Counted from the first letter of the whole stretch, positions 25,830-37,557 are shown. The stretch: 63,921 nt of DNA, filler included, from Octopus bimaculoides (GCF_001194135.2; 5 parts of 5 records of this genome joined end to end with filler, not necessarily neighbours in it); one strand, 5' to 3'. The notes: generated by a model from the sequence alone, not told the origin. Program-made: numbers and translations.

Positions 25830-26730
25830 GTTAAATATTGAAAGTAACGATGACAACAAACCAATGAAACATACGAACAAATCTAACAGATATATTAAAA
25901 GAAATGGGATAATGACTGATGAAATTATCCGGTTTAATCGGAATTTTTCGCAGCATTAGATATACACTTCCTAAAATCTTCCAAGTATCACACAATCATA
26001 AACAGACGTACGCGACTTCCCACAATCTAGAGTGTCACATACACAAACTAAATAACACAAAACTAAATAAAATAAAACCAGAGGAGATATATGAACAACC
26101 AACCACGGCTAACAGAACCACTGATAGAATGGTAGAAAATAGTGGTAGTAAAAACTCATCAATATCAAAAACAGACCCAAACAACATAGCGCAGTTAGAT
26201 AAGGAAAATGAGTGCATGATTACAAGTGGAAGAAAAAAGAGGACCAATAATAGTAACTCCACAGAAAAAAAAATACAGTATCGTGTGTAACTGTAGACTT
26301 AAAGACGAATGTACATTCGGCAACAACTGCATGATACGGAATGTAGTGTACAAATGTAAGGTGAAGGCAATGTACACATATGTGTACATTGGTAATACCA
26401 CAGATACCATGAAAAATCGACTGAGAAACAATCTCTCATCGTTTTCCAATATAAATAGACACTCTACATCTCTGTCGAAACTTGTCTAGAGACTTAAAAC
26501 AGAATGGAGTAGAATACACAACCCACTATTCCATTATAAAAAGGTGCACTATATAACGGGACTTCACGAGTATACAACATATGCCTTGAAGAGATCCTGG
26601 AAATAATAACATCCAGGGAAAATGTAATAAATAGACACTCTGAGATGGTCCTATCATGCAAGCATAGGAAAAAAATATTATTCATGGAATTTGAAAAAAA
26701 TATTTTGGAAAGAAGTAGCAAATTATAGAA
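25830..26730 (+). mobile_element. Penelope-like element remnant (GIY-YIG endonuclease)
   Basis: EIIRFNRNFSQ (degenerate WFNP motif); CNCRLKDECTFGNNC.IRNVVYKCKV...YVYIGNTTDTMKNRLRNNLSSF...STSLSKLV*RLK. Confidence 0.85.
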
Positions 26731-27328
26731 TAGTCAACAAATAAATGAAAATACCAATGTTTAAGATGACACACACACTAATACAACAACAGAAACAGTG
26801 AAAAAGTCACCATAAGAGGGGTGGTATTCATTTATGTAGTCAACAAACCCCACTATATAGCAGCTGACCACTTGTTAAGTTCAGAATTTATTGAGGAGAC
26901 TCAGGTCTTGAATGAAATAGAACAAGATATACTACCATCCTTAAATCTGCTGAATGAATGACCACCCTTCAAATCCGCAAAATGAATAGCAAATAAATCC
27001 AATACCACCACACACACACACCACCATCCCCATATTACTACCATTCCTTCCTCTACTCCCATCACCCACCTCCCACTACCAGGTACATACAGAAATGCTC
27101 AAATTGACTGTCATACTGGCAATTAATTTCTCTGGCCGTAATTTATCCAATAACGCAATATCATCTGATGAAAATCAATGATGATGATTAACTGGATGTC
27201 CAGGGATAATGTGGGCTACTAATCTCAAGTAAACGGATTCTGATGTCAAAATCATGTGATTTTTGGAAACGTACGTAGCGATGTATTAAATATTTAAAAA
27301 TTCCATCCTAGAATTATTGTTATTATAT

Positions 27329-27653
27329 GTGCACATTGTTGGCATTCCGTCGCTTACGACGTCGAGGGTTCCAGTTGATCCGATCAACGGAACATCCTGT
27401 TCGTGAAATTAGCGTGCAAGTGGTTGAGCACTCCACAGACACGTGTACCCTTAACGTAGTTCCCGGGGATATTCAGCGTGACACAGTGTGACAAGACTTT
27501 CCCTTTGAATTACAGGTACAACAGAAACAGAAAGTAAGAGTGAGAGAAAGTTGTGGTGAAAGAGTACAGCAGGGTTCACCACCATCCCCTGCCGGAGCCT
27601 CGTGGTGCTTTAGGTGTTTTCGCTCAATAAACACTCACAACGCCCGGTCTGGG
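27329..27653 (-). mobile_element. SINE family A, 5' end lost in gap
   Basis: Near-identical to 3727-4050. Confidence 0.9.
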
Positions 27654-28489
27654 NNNNNNNNNNNNNNNNNNNNNNNNNNNNNNNNNNNNNNNNNNNNNNN
27701 NNNNNNNNNNNNNNNNNNNNNNNNNNNNNNNNNNNNNNNNNNNNNNNNNNNNNNNNNNNNNNNNNNNNNNNNNNNNNNNNNNNNNNNNNNNNNNNNNNNN
27801 NNNNNNNNNNNNNNNNNNNNNNNNNNNNNNNNNNNNNNNNNNNNNNNNNNNNNNNNNNNNNNNNNNNNNNNNNNNNNNNNNNNNNNNNNNNNNNNNNNNN
27901 NNNNNNNNNNNNNNNNNNNNNNNNNNNNNNNNNNNNNNNNNNNNNNNNNNNNNNNNNNNNNNNNNNNNNNNNNNNNNNNNNNNNNNNNNNNNNNNNNNNN
28001 NNNNNNNNNNNNNNNNNNNNNNNNNNNNNNNNNNNNNNNNNNNNNNNNNNNNNNNNNNNNNNNNNNNNNNNNNNNNNNNNNNNNNNNNNNNNNNNNNNNN
28101 NNNNNNNNNNNNNNNNNNNNNNNNNNNNNNNNNNNNNNNNNNNNNNNNNNNNNNNNNNNNNNNNNNNNNNNNNNNNNNNNNNNNNNNNNNNNNNNNNNNN
28201 NNNNNNNNNNNNNNNNNNNNNNNNNNNNNNNNNNNNNNNNNNNNNNNNNNNNNNNNNNNNNNNNNNNNNNNNNNNNNNNNNNNNNNNNNNNNNNNNNNNN
28301 NNNNNNNNNNNNNNNNNNNNNNNNNNNNNNNNNNNNNNNNNNNNNNNNNNNNNNNNNNNNNNNNNNNNNNNNNNNNNNNNNNNNNNNNNNNNNNNNNNNN
28401 NNNNNNNNNNNNNNNNNNNNNNNNNNNNNNNNNNTATATATATGTATATGTATATGTATATGTATGTATGTATATATAACTGGCAATTT

Positions 28490-28560
28490 GTCAAACCAGC
28501 AAAGATGAAAACCAAAATTGAGTGATTTCGGTGGAATTTGAACTCAGACCGAAGGTATTT
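28490..28560 (-). mobile_element. SINE family B fragment
   Basis: gatttcggtggaatttgaactcaga motif. Confidence 0.5.
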
Positions 28561-28624
28561 TACTAGAATGCTCTCTAAGCATTCTTCAAAATTTATTGTT
28601 GTTGTTGTTGTTGTTGATGTAAGA

Positions 28625-28658
<34 letters not shown>

Positions 28659-28942
28659 TCATTATCATCATCGACAGCAGCAGCAGTAGCCGTGTTAATA
28701 GCAGCAACAGCAGCTAGCTATATAGATGGCAGCATCATATGCAGCAGGCACATTCACGCCCCTCCTTCTCCTGCTGCTTCCCTTCGTCGTTGCCATCCTC
28801 CTCCTCCTCCTACACATCCTCCTCCTCCTCCTCCTACACATCNNNNNNNNNNNNNNNNNNNNNNNNNNNNNNNNNNNNNNNNNNNNTTAATTAATTAANN
28901 NNNNNNNNNNNNNNNNNNNNNNNNNNNNNNNNNNNNNNNNNN

Positions 28943-28982
<40 letters not shown>

Positions 28983-30233
28983 CGTGTGTGTGTGTGTGTG
29001 TATTAGGGTATATTTATCCACATACATGTATCTATGTATATAAATACATAATATATGTGCGGATACCGTAATTGACCGAGATGCAGTCAAAATACCATGG
29101 AGTGTTTACATACGTTCCTTTATGCTTAAGAGCTAACACCTACCTTATACACACTTTGCTTTTCATTTTACTGAAGCCCTTATACTAACGGAGTTGTTGT
29201 TTTCATCTATTAAATAAGTCAAGTCACTGCAACTAGGAATATGTTGTCTTCAGAAATGTGTACTATATCTGTAAATACACAAACACACATACACAAACGA
29301 GCACACGTCCACATCTATACATATATGTATTTATATAGATATATACTTGTGTATGTTTACGTACGTATGTATGCTTATATATATATATATATNNNNNNNN
29401 NNNNNNNNNNNNNNNNNNNNNNNNNNNNNNNNNNNNNNNNNNNNNNNNNNNNNNNNNNNNNNNNNNNNNNNNNNNNNNNNNNNNNNNNNNNNNNNNNNNN
29501 NNNNNNNNNNNNNNNNNNNNNNNNNNNNNNNNNNNNNNNNNNNNNNNNNNNNNNNNNNNNNNNNNNNNNNNNNNNNNNNNNNNNNNNNNNNNNNNNNNNN
29601 NNNNNNNNNNNNNNNNNNNNNNNNNNNNNNNNNNNNNNNNNNNNNNNNNNNNNNNNNNNNNNNNNNNNNNNNNNNNNNNNNNNNNNNNNNNNNNNNNNNN
29701 NNNNNNNNNNNNNNNNNNNNNNNNNNNNNNNNNNNNNNNNNNNNNNNNNNNNNNNNNNNNNNNNNNNNNNNNNNNNNNNNNNNNNNNNNNNNNNNNNNNN
29801 NNNNNNNNNNNNNNNNNNNNNNNNNNNNNNNNNNNNNNNNNNNNNNNNNNNNNNNNNNNNNNNNNNNNNNNNNNNNNNNNNNNNNNNNNNNNNNNNNNNN
29901 NNNNNNNNNNNNNNNNNNNNNNNNNNNNNNNNNNNNNNNNNNNNNNNNNNNNNNNNNNNNNNNNNNNNNNNNNNNNNNNNNNNNNNNNNNNNNNNNNNNN
30001 NNNNNNNNNNNNNNNNNNNNNNNNNNNNNNNNNNNNNNNNNNNNNNNNNNNNNNNNNNNNNNNNNNNNNNNNNNNNNNNNNNNNNNNNNNNNNNNNNNNN
30101 NNNNNNNNNNNNNNNNNNNNNNNNNNNNNNNNNNNNNNNNNNNNNNNNNNNNNNNNNNNNNNNNNNNNNNNNNNNNNNNNNNNNNNNNNNNNNNNNNNNN
30201 NNNNNNNNNATATATATATACATACACACACTC

Positions 30234-30272
<39 letters not shown>

Positions 30273-30545
30273 AATATATATATATATATAATAAGGGGCA
30301 AAATTAATTAATTAATCAATTTTACCCTCTGTTATTATTGGAATATAATTTACTCCCTGATCGAAAACTGCAGTTTCTGCGGGATTTCTCGTCTCGTAAC
30401 ATACGTGGTTAATTAAGGGATAAATGCGTGTTCTCATTGTCATTCGGCTGTATATTTTTGGAAGTGCTGGTTAAATATCAGTTGTGCGAAGACGCTTGGT
30501 CGCAAACATATTTAATTCTAGTACTTTCAAATTTATATTTGAAAT

Positions 30546-30613
30546 GCTGCACTGATGAGGTGAAATAAGTAACTAAATATAACTTTACTTTAATCCCGAA
30601 ACGCGTATGTGGC
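30546..30613 (+). ncRNA. Minimal type I hammerhead ribozyme motif (palindromic stem III)
   Basis: GCUGCA-CUGAUGA-GG...CC-GAAAC-GC-GUA-UGUGGC. Stem I is 6 bp (2 wobbles), the core is canonical, the cleavage triplet is GUA, and stem II is weak. Confidence 0.6.
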
Positions 30614-31621
30614 TAATCTAAGTCGTGTGGATTCGTTATTTTTTCTCTTTGCCTACGTAAAAAAGTGTGCTGATGTCTGGCAGATATTTATTGTAGCAGA
30701 ATGGTATTTAACTGCTATTTGTAAATTCGTTGCGTGGTGAAGCAATTAGCTGACCCCTGATCATAATTATGCTCATAATTATAGAATTGTTTTGTGTATA
30801 TATATATATATATATATATNNNNNNNNNNNNNNNNNNNNNNNNNNNNNNNNNNNNNNNNNNNNNNNNNNNNNNNNNNNNNNNNNNNNNNNNNNNNNNNNN
30901 NNNNNNNNNNNNNNNNNNNNNNNNNNNNNNNNNNNNNNNNNNNNNNNNNNNNNNNNNNNNNNNNNNNNNNNNNNNNNNNNNNNNNNNNNNNNNNNNNNNN
31001 NNNNNNNNNNNNNNNNNNNNNNNNNNNNNNNNNNNNNNNNNNNNNNNNNNNNNNNNNNNNNNNNNNNNNNNNNNNNNNNNNNNNNNNNNNNNNNNNNNNN
31101 NNNNNNNNNNNNNNNNNNNNNAAAATGGTTCTTTCTTGGAAATCCATACCTAAGTATACGGTGAAACGTGCGGTCTGGCACATATACACTTGTGTCCCAA
31201 AAATATAAGGTATAAAGTTACAAAAATATTCCAGGCACTGGATTTTGAAATAGCTCGTCAATAAAACAAGGATATCTTTATCTCATATAATTGTATTGAT
31301 ACATTGATATCAAGTGTGCATCTGACTTCTGTATATTTCAACTTTTCGGTTGTGTTAAAATTTGACCACCGTCTTCATTTCTAGGTTCTACAACCATGCT
31401 TCTTGCCCGTCAGTCTCAATATATTCATTTGTATTTCTTGTATTTTCTTTCTCACTCTTTCTGGATTGCTACGGCAACCAAATCATAGCTTATAGGATGG
31501 TATAACTTTTCGGTTTTCCTTTCAAGGCTAGAAACATCATGGCTTATTCTTTATTTGTTAGTAGCCGATTCATTCAATTTTCTCTGTGTGTGTGTCTGTG
31601 TGTGTGCGTGTGTTTGTGTAT

Positions 31622-31659
<38 letters not shown>

Positions 31660-31800
31660 GCGCGCGCGTGTGTGCACGTGTGTGCGTGCGTCTGTGTGTA
31701 AGAAATGCCTGATGCAATTTCTTGCGCCTGCCTTCCATAGAAGCGACATTCAATGTGAGATTTAATACTATACACTTTCTGAAGCAGGCATTTTTCGTTT

Positions 31801-32087
31801 CAAGGATTTGAAGATGTGTTCTCGCTCCATTATTTTTTTCCTTTGCTGAGAGTCGAATACTTGTCCCTCACCTCCATACTAGATACGGTATTACATAACA
31901 TAAAAAGGAAACGAATGCATCGATCACTTATACCAGTGAAATAATATCCAAAGACAATTTGTTGGTGTCATTAAGGTTGCTTATCGCGTGGATTTGAAAA
32001 GTATAACATTTCGTAGAACGGTTGTCCAACTTAGCCCTGATATGTGGTTTATGGTATGCACTGCATTTCAATCGATTGAAAAACCGA
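31801..32087 (+). repeat. Left arm of 287-bp inverted duplication
   Basis: Reverse complement of 35462-35749 except for one base in a T/A homopolymer. Confidence 0.97.
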
Positions 32088-32949
32088 ATAAGGATTAGAT
32101 TAATTTTGTATTTGATATCTTAATGACATTTGCATTTTAATGCTTGCAAATTTAAGTGAAATAGTCCCTGATTTTTTTCTGTCTGCAAATGTTATCACAG
32201 TGGTACAACCCGTGGCTTGTATGAAGTTAATACAGATATAAATCACGGTCAACCTCTTTGAGTGGGAACCGTATAGTGTCTACATCACAACTAATGTTGA
32301 ATGTTTCAGATCTTAGATCCTTTGGAGTTTTTACAGTGATCAATTTAGAAACGGCGGTGTTGGTATATGTACTGTAATACTGTTGTGAGCAATATGCTTG
32401 TTGTATGGTGAGAATTCTGACGGCCATATTTTCCCTACTTTATTACAATATTAATTTCTTTTTGTCCTCTTAATAGGTAATTGTCCTCTGATACCATTAT
32501 TTTTTCCCAAGAAATGTCTGTGAGAAATGAGCACTGTAATGTAATCTACATTTGATACCTTAGTACTTGATCAAAACAGCTTCAAGCCATGAACATAAGA
32601 GAAGGTGTCAGATGTTTCTGGATACATTTACTGTTAACAGCATGACACATTTCAGGATATGACAAAGAACATTATTCAGAAGCAATCTCCCTGCAGGTTA
32701 TATTTGCAGTAATATACGATGACCGATTTAAGTTGCTTGTTATAACTGCTTGAATGTTTATTATCAACTATGAGTTGTAGTAGAACTTCAGCTGACTGAA
32801 ATATTTGAATAATTTACTCATGTCTTAAAGGCATTCCTTGCTGACCAACCACATGTCACCAAGAACCTGTGATATTTACTGTTCTTTTTTGTGTATTATT
32901 TTTATTAGTAAGTTGGTTAGTGGGTCTGCTCAAATTTCTTATGTGAGCA

Positions 32950-33150
32950 TAATCATGCGCATTCATGAACAGATCTACGCACCCAGCGCATATCTTATAT
33001 ATCATAGTCTACCAGATTATTGCCTGGTTCGTGCCTACGAACTCAAGAGGTCAGGATTTATCAAGATTTTCAAAACATTTAAACCGAAAGTTCAAGACAT
33101 CTCCCGAAACTGCACCTAGTCCGTTGCAGAATCAGTTCTCTGGTACCTTT
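32950..33150 (+). mobile_element. Possible very old RTE-like RT fragment
   Basis: GFIKIFKTFK...SVAESVLWY weakly resembles the RTE KLFR..VESVLLYG region. Confidence 0.25.
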
Positions 33151-33194
33151 GGTAGCTGTTTACAGTGTGATAACTGGAATAAAGGAAATTGAAT

Positions 33195-33295
33195 TGCCTA
33201 GCAAAAACACACTGAGACAACTCGTCCAAGGATCGAACCCGTACACAAATGATCATGGTCAAATATCGTAATCGCTAGACTACGCATCTTCACAA
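33195..33295 (-). mobile_element. Decayed tRNA-derived SINE head
   Basis: Minus strand GTGAAGATGCGTAGTCTAGCGATTA...GGGTTCGATCC (A-box and B-box). Confidence 0.55.
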
Positions 33296-33554
33296 GCTAG
33301 GTAGTTACTTTTCATTTGAATGGCTTGGCTTTTCATTTAGAATGAGAAAGATAATGATAGCTGATTATTATTGAAGGATATTATTCATAAATGTTATCAA
33401 ACATCGGCAATAAAAATTGAGTTATATATATAAGCTTAGAGAGAGAGAGAGATCTCTGTGGCTATAAAGTTTTCTTAGCAACTTGGGTCTCGCTTAAATG
33501 TCATTACATATTACGTTGAGGATTGTTTATTCTACTATACCGTGTGTGTTTGAG

Positions 33555-33600
<46 letters not shown>

Positions 33601-33699
33601 TGCGTGTGTGTGTGTAAATGTATGAGTGTCTGTGCATCTGGTGATGAGATGATTTTTAAGATAAGCCGTGACTTATTTCGGGTTTGGCTGTTATTTCTA

Positions 33700-34150
33700 C
33701 CATAGTGTCCCTCGTCGTGTGGTTCTTGATGGAATTAGGCAGTGGACAGTTGCTCAGTGTAGGAACCTGTGCAAGCTTGCTACATAAATCGTTGCCAATA
33801 TGACATCACTCATTTTAACAAAGTATTTTAGAAGAGGCTTACTTTCACATCGGTATTTCTTGTAGTTTCTTCAGCATCTCAATAACTGCTGAGCTGATTC
33901 TCAGCCTGGTCATGAAAAAAGTTCCCTCTTCCCACACCTCCTAGATAAATAACCATATTTGCCGTTTATTTCTCACCAAGTGGTGTTATAAACGTACTTT
34001 ATCACACGAATCCAACTCCAAAATGCTGACCTTTCAAGGTCAACATCCGGTCGAAACATCTGTTTCAAGTGAAGATGGAAAGTTCAGCGAAGCATTCGTT
34101 TAAAGATGCAGCTGCAATAAAACTTAACCTCTTCCACATATACTGAGTAC
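33700..34150 (-). mobile_element. Possible very old RTE-like RT fragment
   Basis: Degenerate IYLGG..., MTRLRISSAVIEMLKKLQEI, TDVKVSLF*NTLLK*VMSY across frames. Confidence 0.25.
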
Positions 34151-34319
34151 ATAATCTGACGTATCTTCTTCTAAGTGTTTGTTTGATCATCTACATTTAG
34201 CAAACAACTCACCCCTTAAAACTCAATCTATGATCTTAAAAATAGTACAAATGGCAAAAATGTAGTCAACAATAAACTATTCCGCAAAGGAGTAAGAAGA
34301 ATTATCACAACACGAATGC

Positions 34320-34544
34320 TTGTACAGTTCTATATTTAAGAGATGACGAAATATGTACGTTATTTACATTATTTACAATTGACGGATATTTGTCCTCGTC
34401 TTGTTTGTTGTTAACATAGCATTTCGGCTNNNNNNNNNNTATTATTCAGGTCACTGCCTGGAATCGAACTCGGAATATTGGGGTTAGTAGCCCGTGCTCT
34501 TAACCACTATGCTATATGCTCACGGGCATATGGCGTAGTGGTTA
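34320..34544. repeat. Interspersed repeat with tRNA-like unit and head-to-head inverted partial copy
   Basis: tRNA-like sequence on the minus strand at ~34448-34521 (A-box TAGCATAGTGG, loop CTACTAA, B-box GAGTTCGATTCC). 21-bp inverted arms at 34501-34521 and 34524-34544. Confidence 0.75.
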
Positions 34545-34852
34545 GATCATGTAGATTAGATTACAGTGACAATTTCTCACAGACACTGCATTTTTCTTGG
34601 TAAAATTCTAAACATTTTGGACTTAACACTACAGCTTGTGAATTCTTGTGATCCATTCTTTTGCTCAATCAGATTTGGGCTGGGGTTAAACAACAACATG
34701 TCACCATCACCACCGCCGCCACCACCACCAACACCACCACCACTACCACCACNNNNNNNNNNNNNNNNNNNNNNNNNNNNNNNNNNNNNNNNNNNNNNNN
34801 NNNNNNNNNNNNNNNNNNNNNNNNNNNNNNNNNNNNNNNNNNNNNNNNNNNN

Positions 34853-34897
<45 letters not shown>

Positions 34898-35019
34898 ATG
34901 TATTCCACTTCTTGTACATTCTCTGTCGGAGAATGTAATCTTCCACAAGGTGGAGACATGGTTTATCAAGATGGTAGGGTCTGTAGATCGCTCTCCTTTT
35001 TTCTTTTTGCTTGATAACA

Positions 35020-35255
35020 GTTTTGACTGGAGTAAAATGGCAGCAGACAGAATCATTAGCACGCTGGGCAAGCCGCTTAGCCGTATTTCGTCTGTTTTTA
35101 GGTCCTGAATTCTAATTCTGCTGAGTTCCACTTTGCTTTTCACCCCATTCGAGGTCGATAAAGTAAGTACTAGTTTTTTTTCAATGGGGTTGATGTAATC
35201 GACTTACCCCTCGCCCGAAAATGTAGGCCTTGTGTCAAAGTTTGAAACCAATATT
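35020..35255 (+). mobile_element. SINE family B
   Basis: GGCAGCAGACAGAATCATTAGCACGCTGGGC...GAGGTCGATAAAGTAAGTACTAG...GATGTAATCGACTTACCCC. Confidence 0.75.
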
Positions 35256-35461
35256 TTGGATTGGAGATCAAATAAAAGACTATAATTGCATTCGTGTGGA
35301 GATTAAAACATATACACAATTTAGAAAAATATATTGGAAAATATTGTTTTCTAATTATATTAATCAAATATGTATATAATGAAAATAAGAATAACGTATT
35401 TTTGAAACATTTATATGAATATCAAAAACTGTGTAATTTTGTTATTAAAAACGCATGGAAC

Positions 35462-35749
35462 TCGGTTTTTCAATCGATTGAAATGCAGTGCATACCATAA
35501 ACCACATATCAGGGCTAAGTTGGACAACCGTTCTACGAAATGTTATACTTTTCAAATCCACGCGATAAGCAACCTTAATGACACCAACAAATTGTCTTTG
35601 GATATTATTTCACTGGTATAAGTGATCGATGCATTCGTTTCCTTTTTATGTTATGTAATACCGTATCTAGTATGGAGGTGAGGGACAAGTATTCGACTCT
35701 CAGCAAAGGAAAAAAAATAATGGAGCGAGAACACATCTTCAAATCCTTG
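35462..35749 (-). repeat. Right arm of 287-bp inverted duplication
   Basis: Reverse complement of 31801-32087. Confidence 0.97.
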
Positions 35750-36009
35750 TAGTGGAATTAATTTCACAATTCCTCAAAATAAAAACATTCGGAAGATGCA
35801 TAATGGTAAAATTATCCTGTTTTGTTCCCATCCTCCTACACACATTATATGCTTTGTCTAAAGAAAACAATATTCTCTTCGGTTTTATTGACTGCAATTG
35901 AATAAATGAAACGGCTTGATTAAATCACATTTGACAAAATAATGGAAAAATAACGAGGGAAGAAGTAAAAGTAATAGGCTACAAAAAGGACAGGTAAAAA
36001 AGATCGAAC

Positions 36010-36016
36010 TGAAAGA

Positions 36017-36063
<47 letters not shown>

Positions 36064-36195
36064 AGAAGAAGAAGAAGAAGAAGAAGAAGAAGAAGAAGAA
36101 GAAGAAGAAGAAGAAGAGCAACAGCAACAACAACAGCAGCAAGAACAAAAAGAACAAAAACAAGAAGACGAAGAAGACGAAGGAGGAGGAGGAAG
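36010..36195. repeat. (GAA)n and related triplet runs
   Basis: Directly visible. Confidence 0.95.
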
Positions 36196-36779
36196 GGGAG
36201 TAGAATAACGTGCCGTGAGTCCTGTTAATTAAGTCAGAACATGCAATTTCAAAAATGAAAACCGTATAATAGAAATAACGCACACGTTACACATGTGTTT
36301 CCAAATTCTGACTGTCATTCATTAAAATTAAAGTTATTAAAATCTGATTTGTTATTTTCTTTCCTTGATATACCTTCAGTATGCGTTGCATGCCTTGCAC
36401 TAATGCAGGGAACACTACTCTTATACTCTCATATATGTATGTATGTATATACATACATATACATACACACACGCACACACATATATAACGTACTGTTTTT
36501 TCTATATATTTCCTTTTCAATTTCTCGCGTTTCATCTCTCATTCAAATTTTAATTCGTTATGTGGCTTGTGCCTGATGATATGTTTGAGGTATTTCACAA
36601 CATATGAAACTATTAGAAGCTCATAAAACCATGTACTGTGTCTATTCAATAATATATATACATATGTACTGACCAGCCATTCGCGACCCGGGCGCAGACA
36701 TTAACGTTATTACTTTAATATATATATAACTGAATAAATTGGAGTAAACAACAAGGAGTATAGAGGAACATTTATATGT

Positions 36780-37130
36780 AATCACTACAATTGTTTCCAC
36801 ACAACGAAGTTCTCCAGGTTCGTAGGTATTTGCTTATGTAACCATTTCCATGCATTATGAGATCTTGTGTTTCGTCAGGTGATATTTACATATTGTTTAT
36901 ATTCCGTAAAGTCAAATTTTTGGCTTCGACTGCATCCTTTGTCTGTAGTGGTTGCACGAGGTTGTAGTAGCCACTTGATATATCAAAATGTACAGTAGTG
37001 ATTACAAATAAAGGCTCCTCTGTACTCATTCTTGTTGACACCAACTTCAATTATACATCCACACACTACAGAAGCCCCAACACAAATCTGGCAGTAGGTA
37101 TGATATTACTGTTGGATAGTACTGGGTGAA
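36780..37130 (-). mobile_element. Possible decayed Merlin/ISXO2-like transposase
   Basis: Across frames: YIKWLLQPRATTTDKG...TEYKQYVN...HNAWKWLHKQIP, weakly resembling IKKWI.PGT.I.SD...TVNH...IE..W..LK. Many stops. Confidence 0.25.
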
Positions 37131-37462
37131 ATCTGAAGGTGAGCGGGCATTATACTGTACTCTACTACGTTCTTCACAGAAAATACCATGACTTTTATAT
37201 ATATATACTTTGTTTTGGGGTTAACAAAACTATCATTGGTTTTCATGCCGAGAATTCTCAGCAACTAACAAGCCTGACACACTGGAACGTTGGTACTCGT
37301 CACCATCTTGGAGGAGTACATTCTCATCAACGGTGGAAGCGAGTGCCACAAGGAAGATAACTGGCGAATGAAACCATTGGTATCCTTACTAAACCACAAA
37401 TAAAAAGCATATATGGCTCTGCGGCCTTGAGCACTCATTCTCACTGTTCGGTATTTCGATAT

Positions 37463-37502
<40 letters not shown>

Positions 37503-37557
37503 CAATTGCAGCGTAGAAGCTGTAAGCCATTTAAAATAACACACAAAAGCAGTCAGA

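Noticed and set aside
32227-32427. 66-aa minus ORF inside the inverted duplication, as a possible cargo gene or transposase
   Set aside because: It is short, has no recognisable motif, and has no clear splice context.
34448-34521. Functional tRNA gene
   Set aside because: The acceptor and anticodon stems are imperfect and it is embedded in an interspersed repeat, so it is treated as tRNA-derived.
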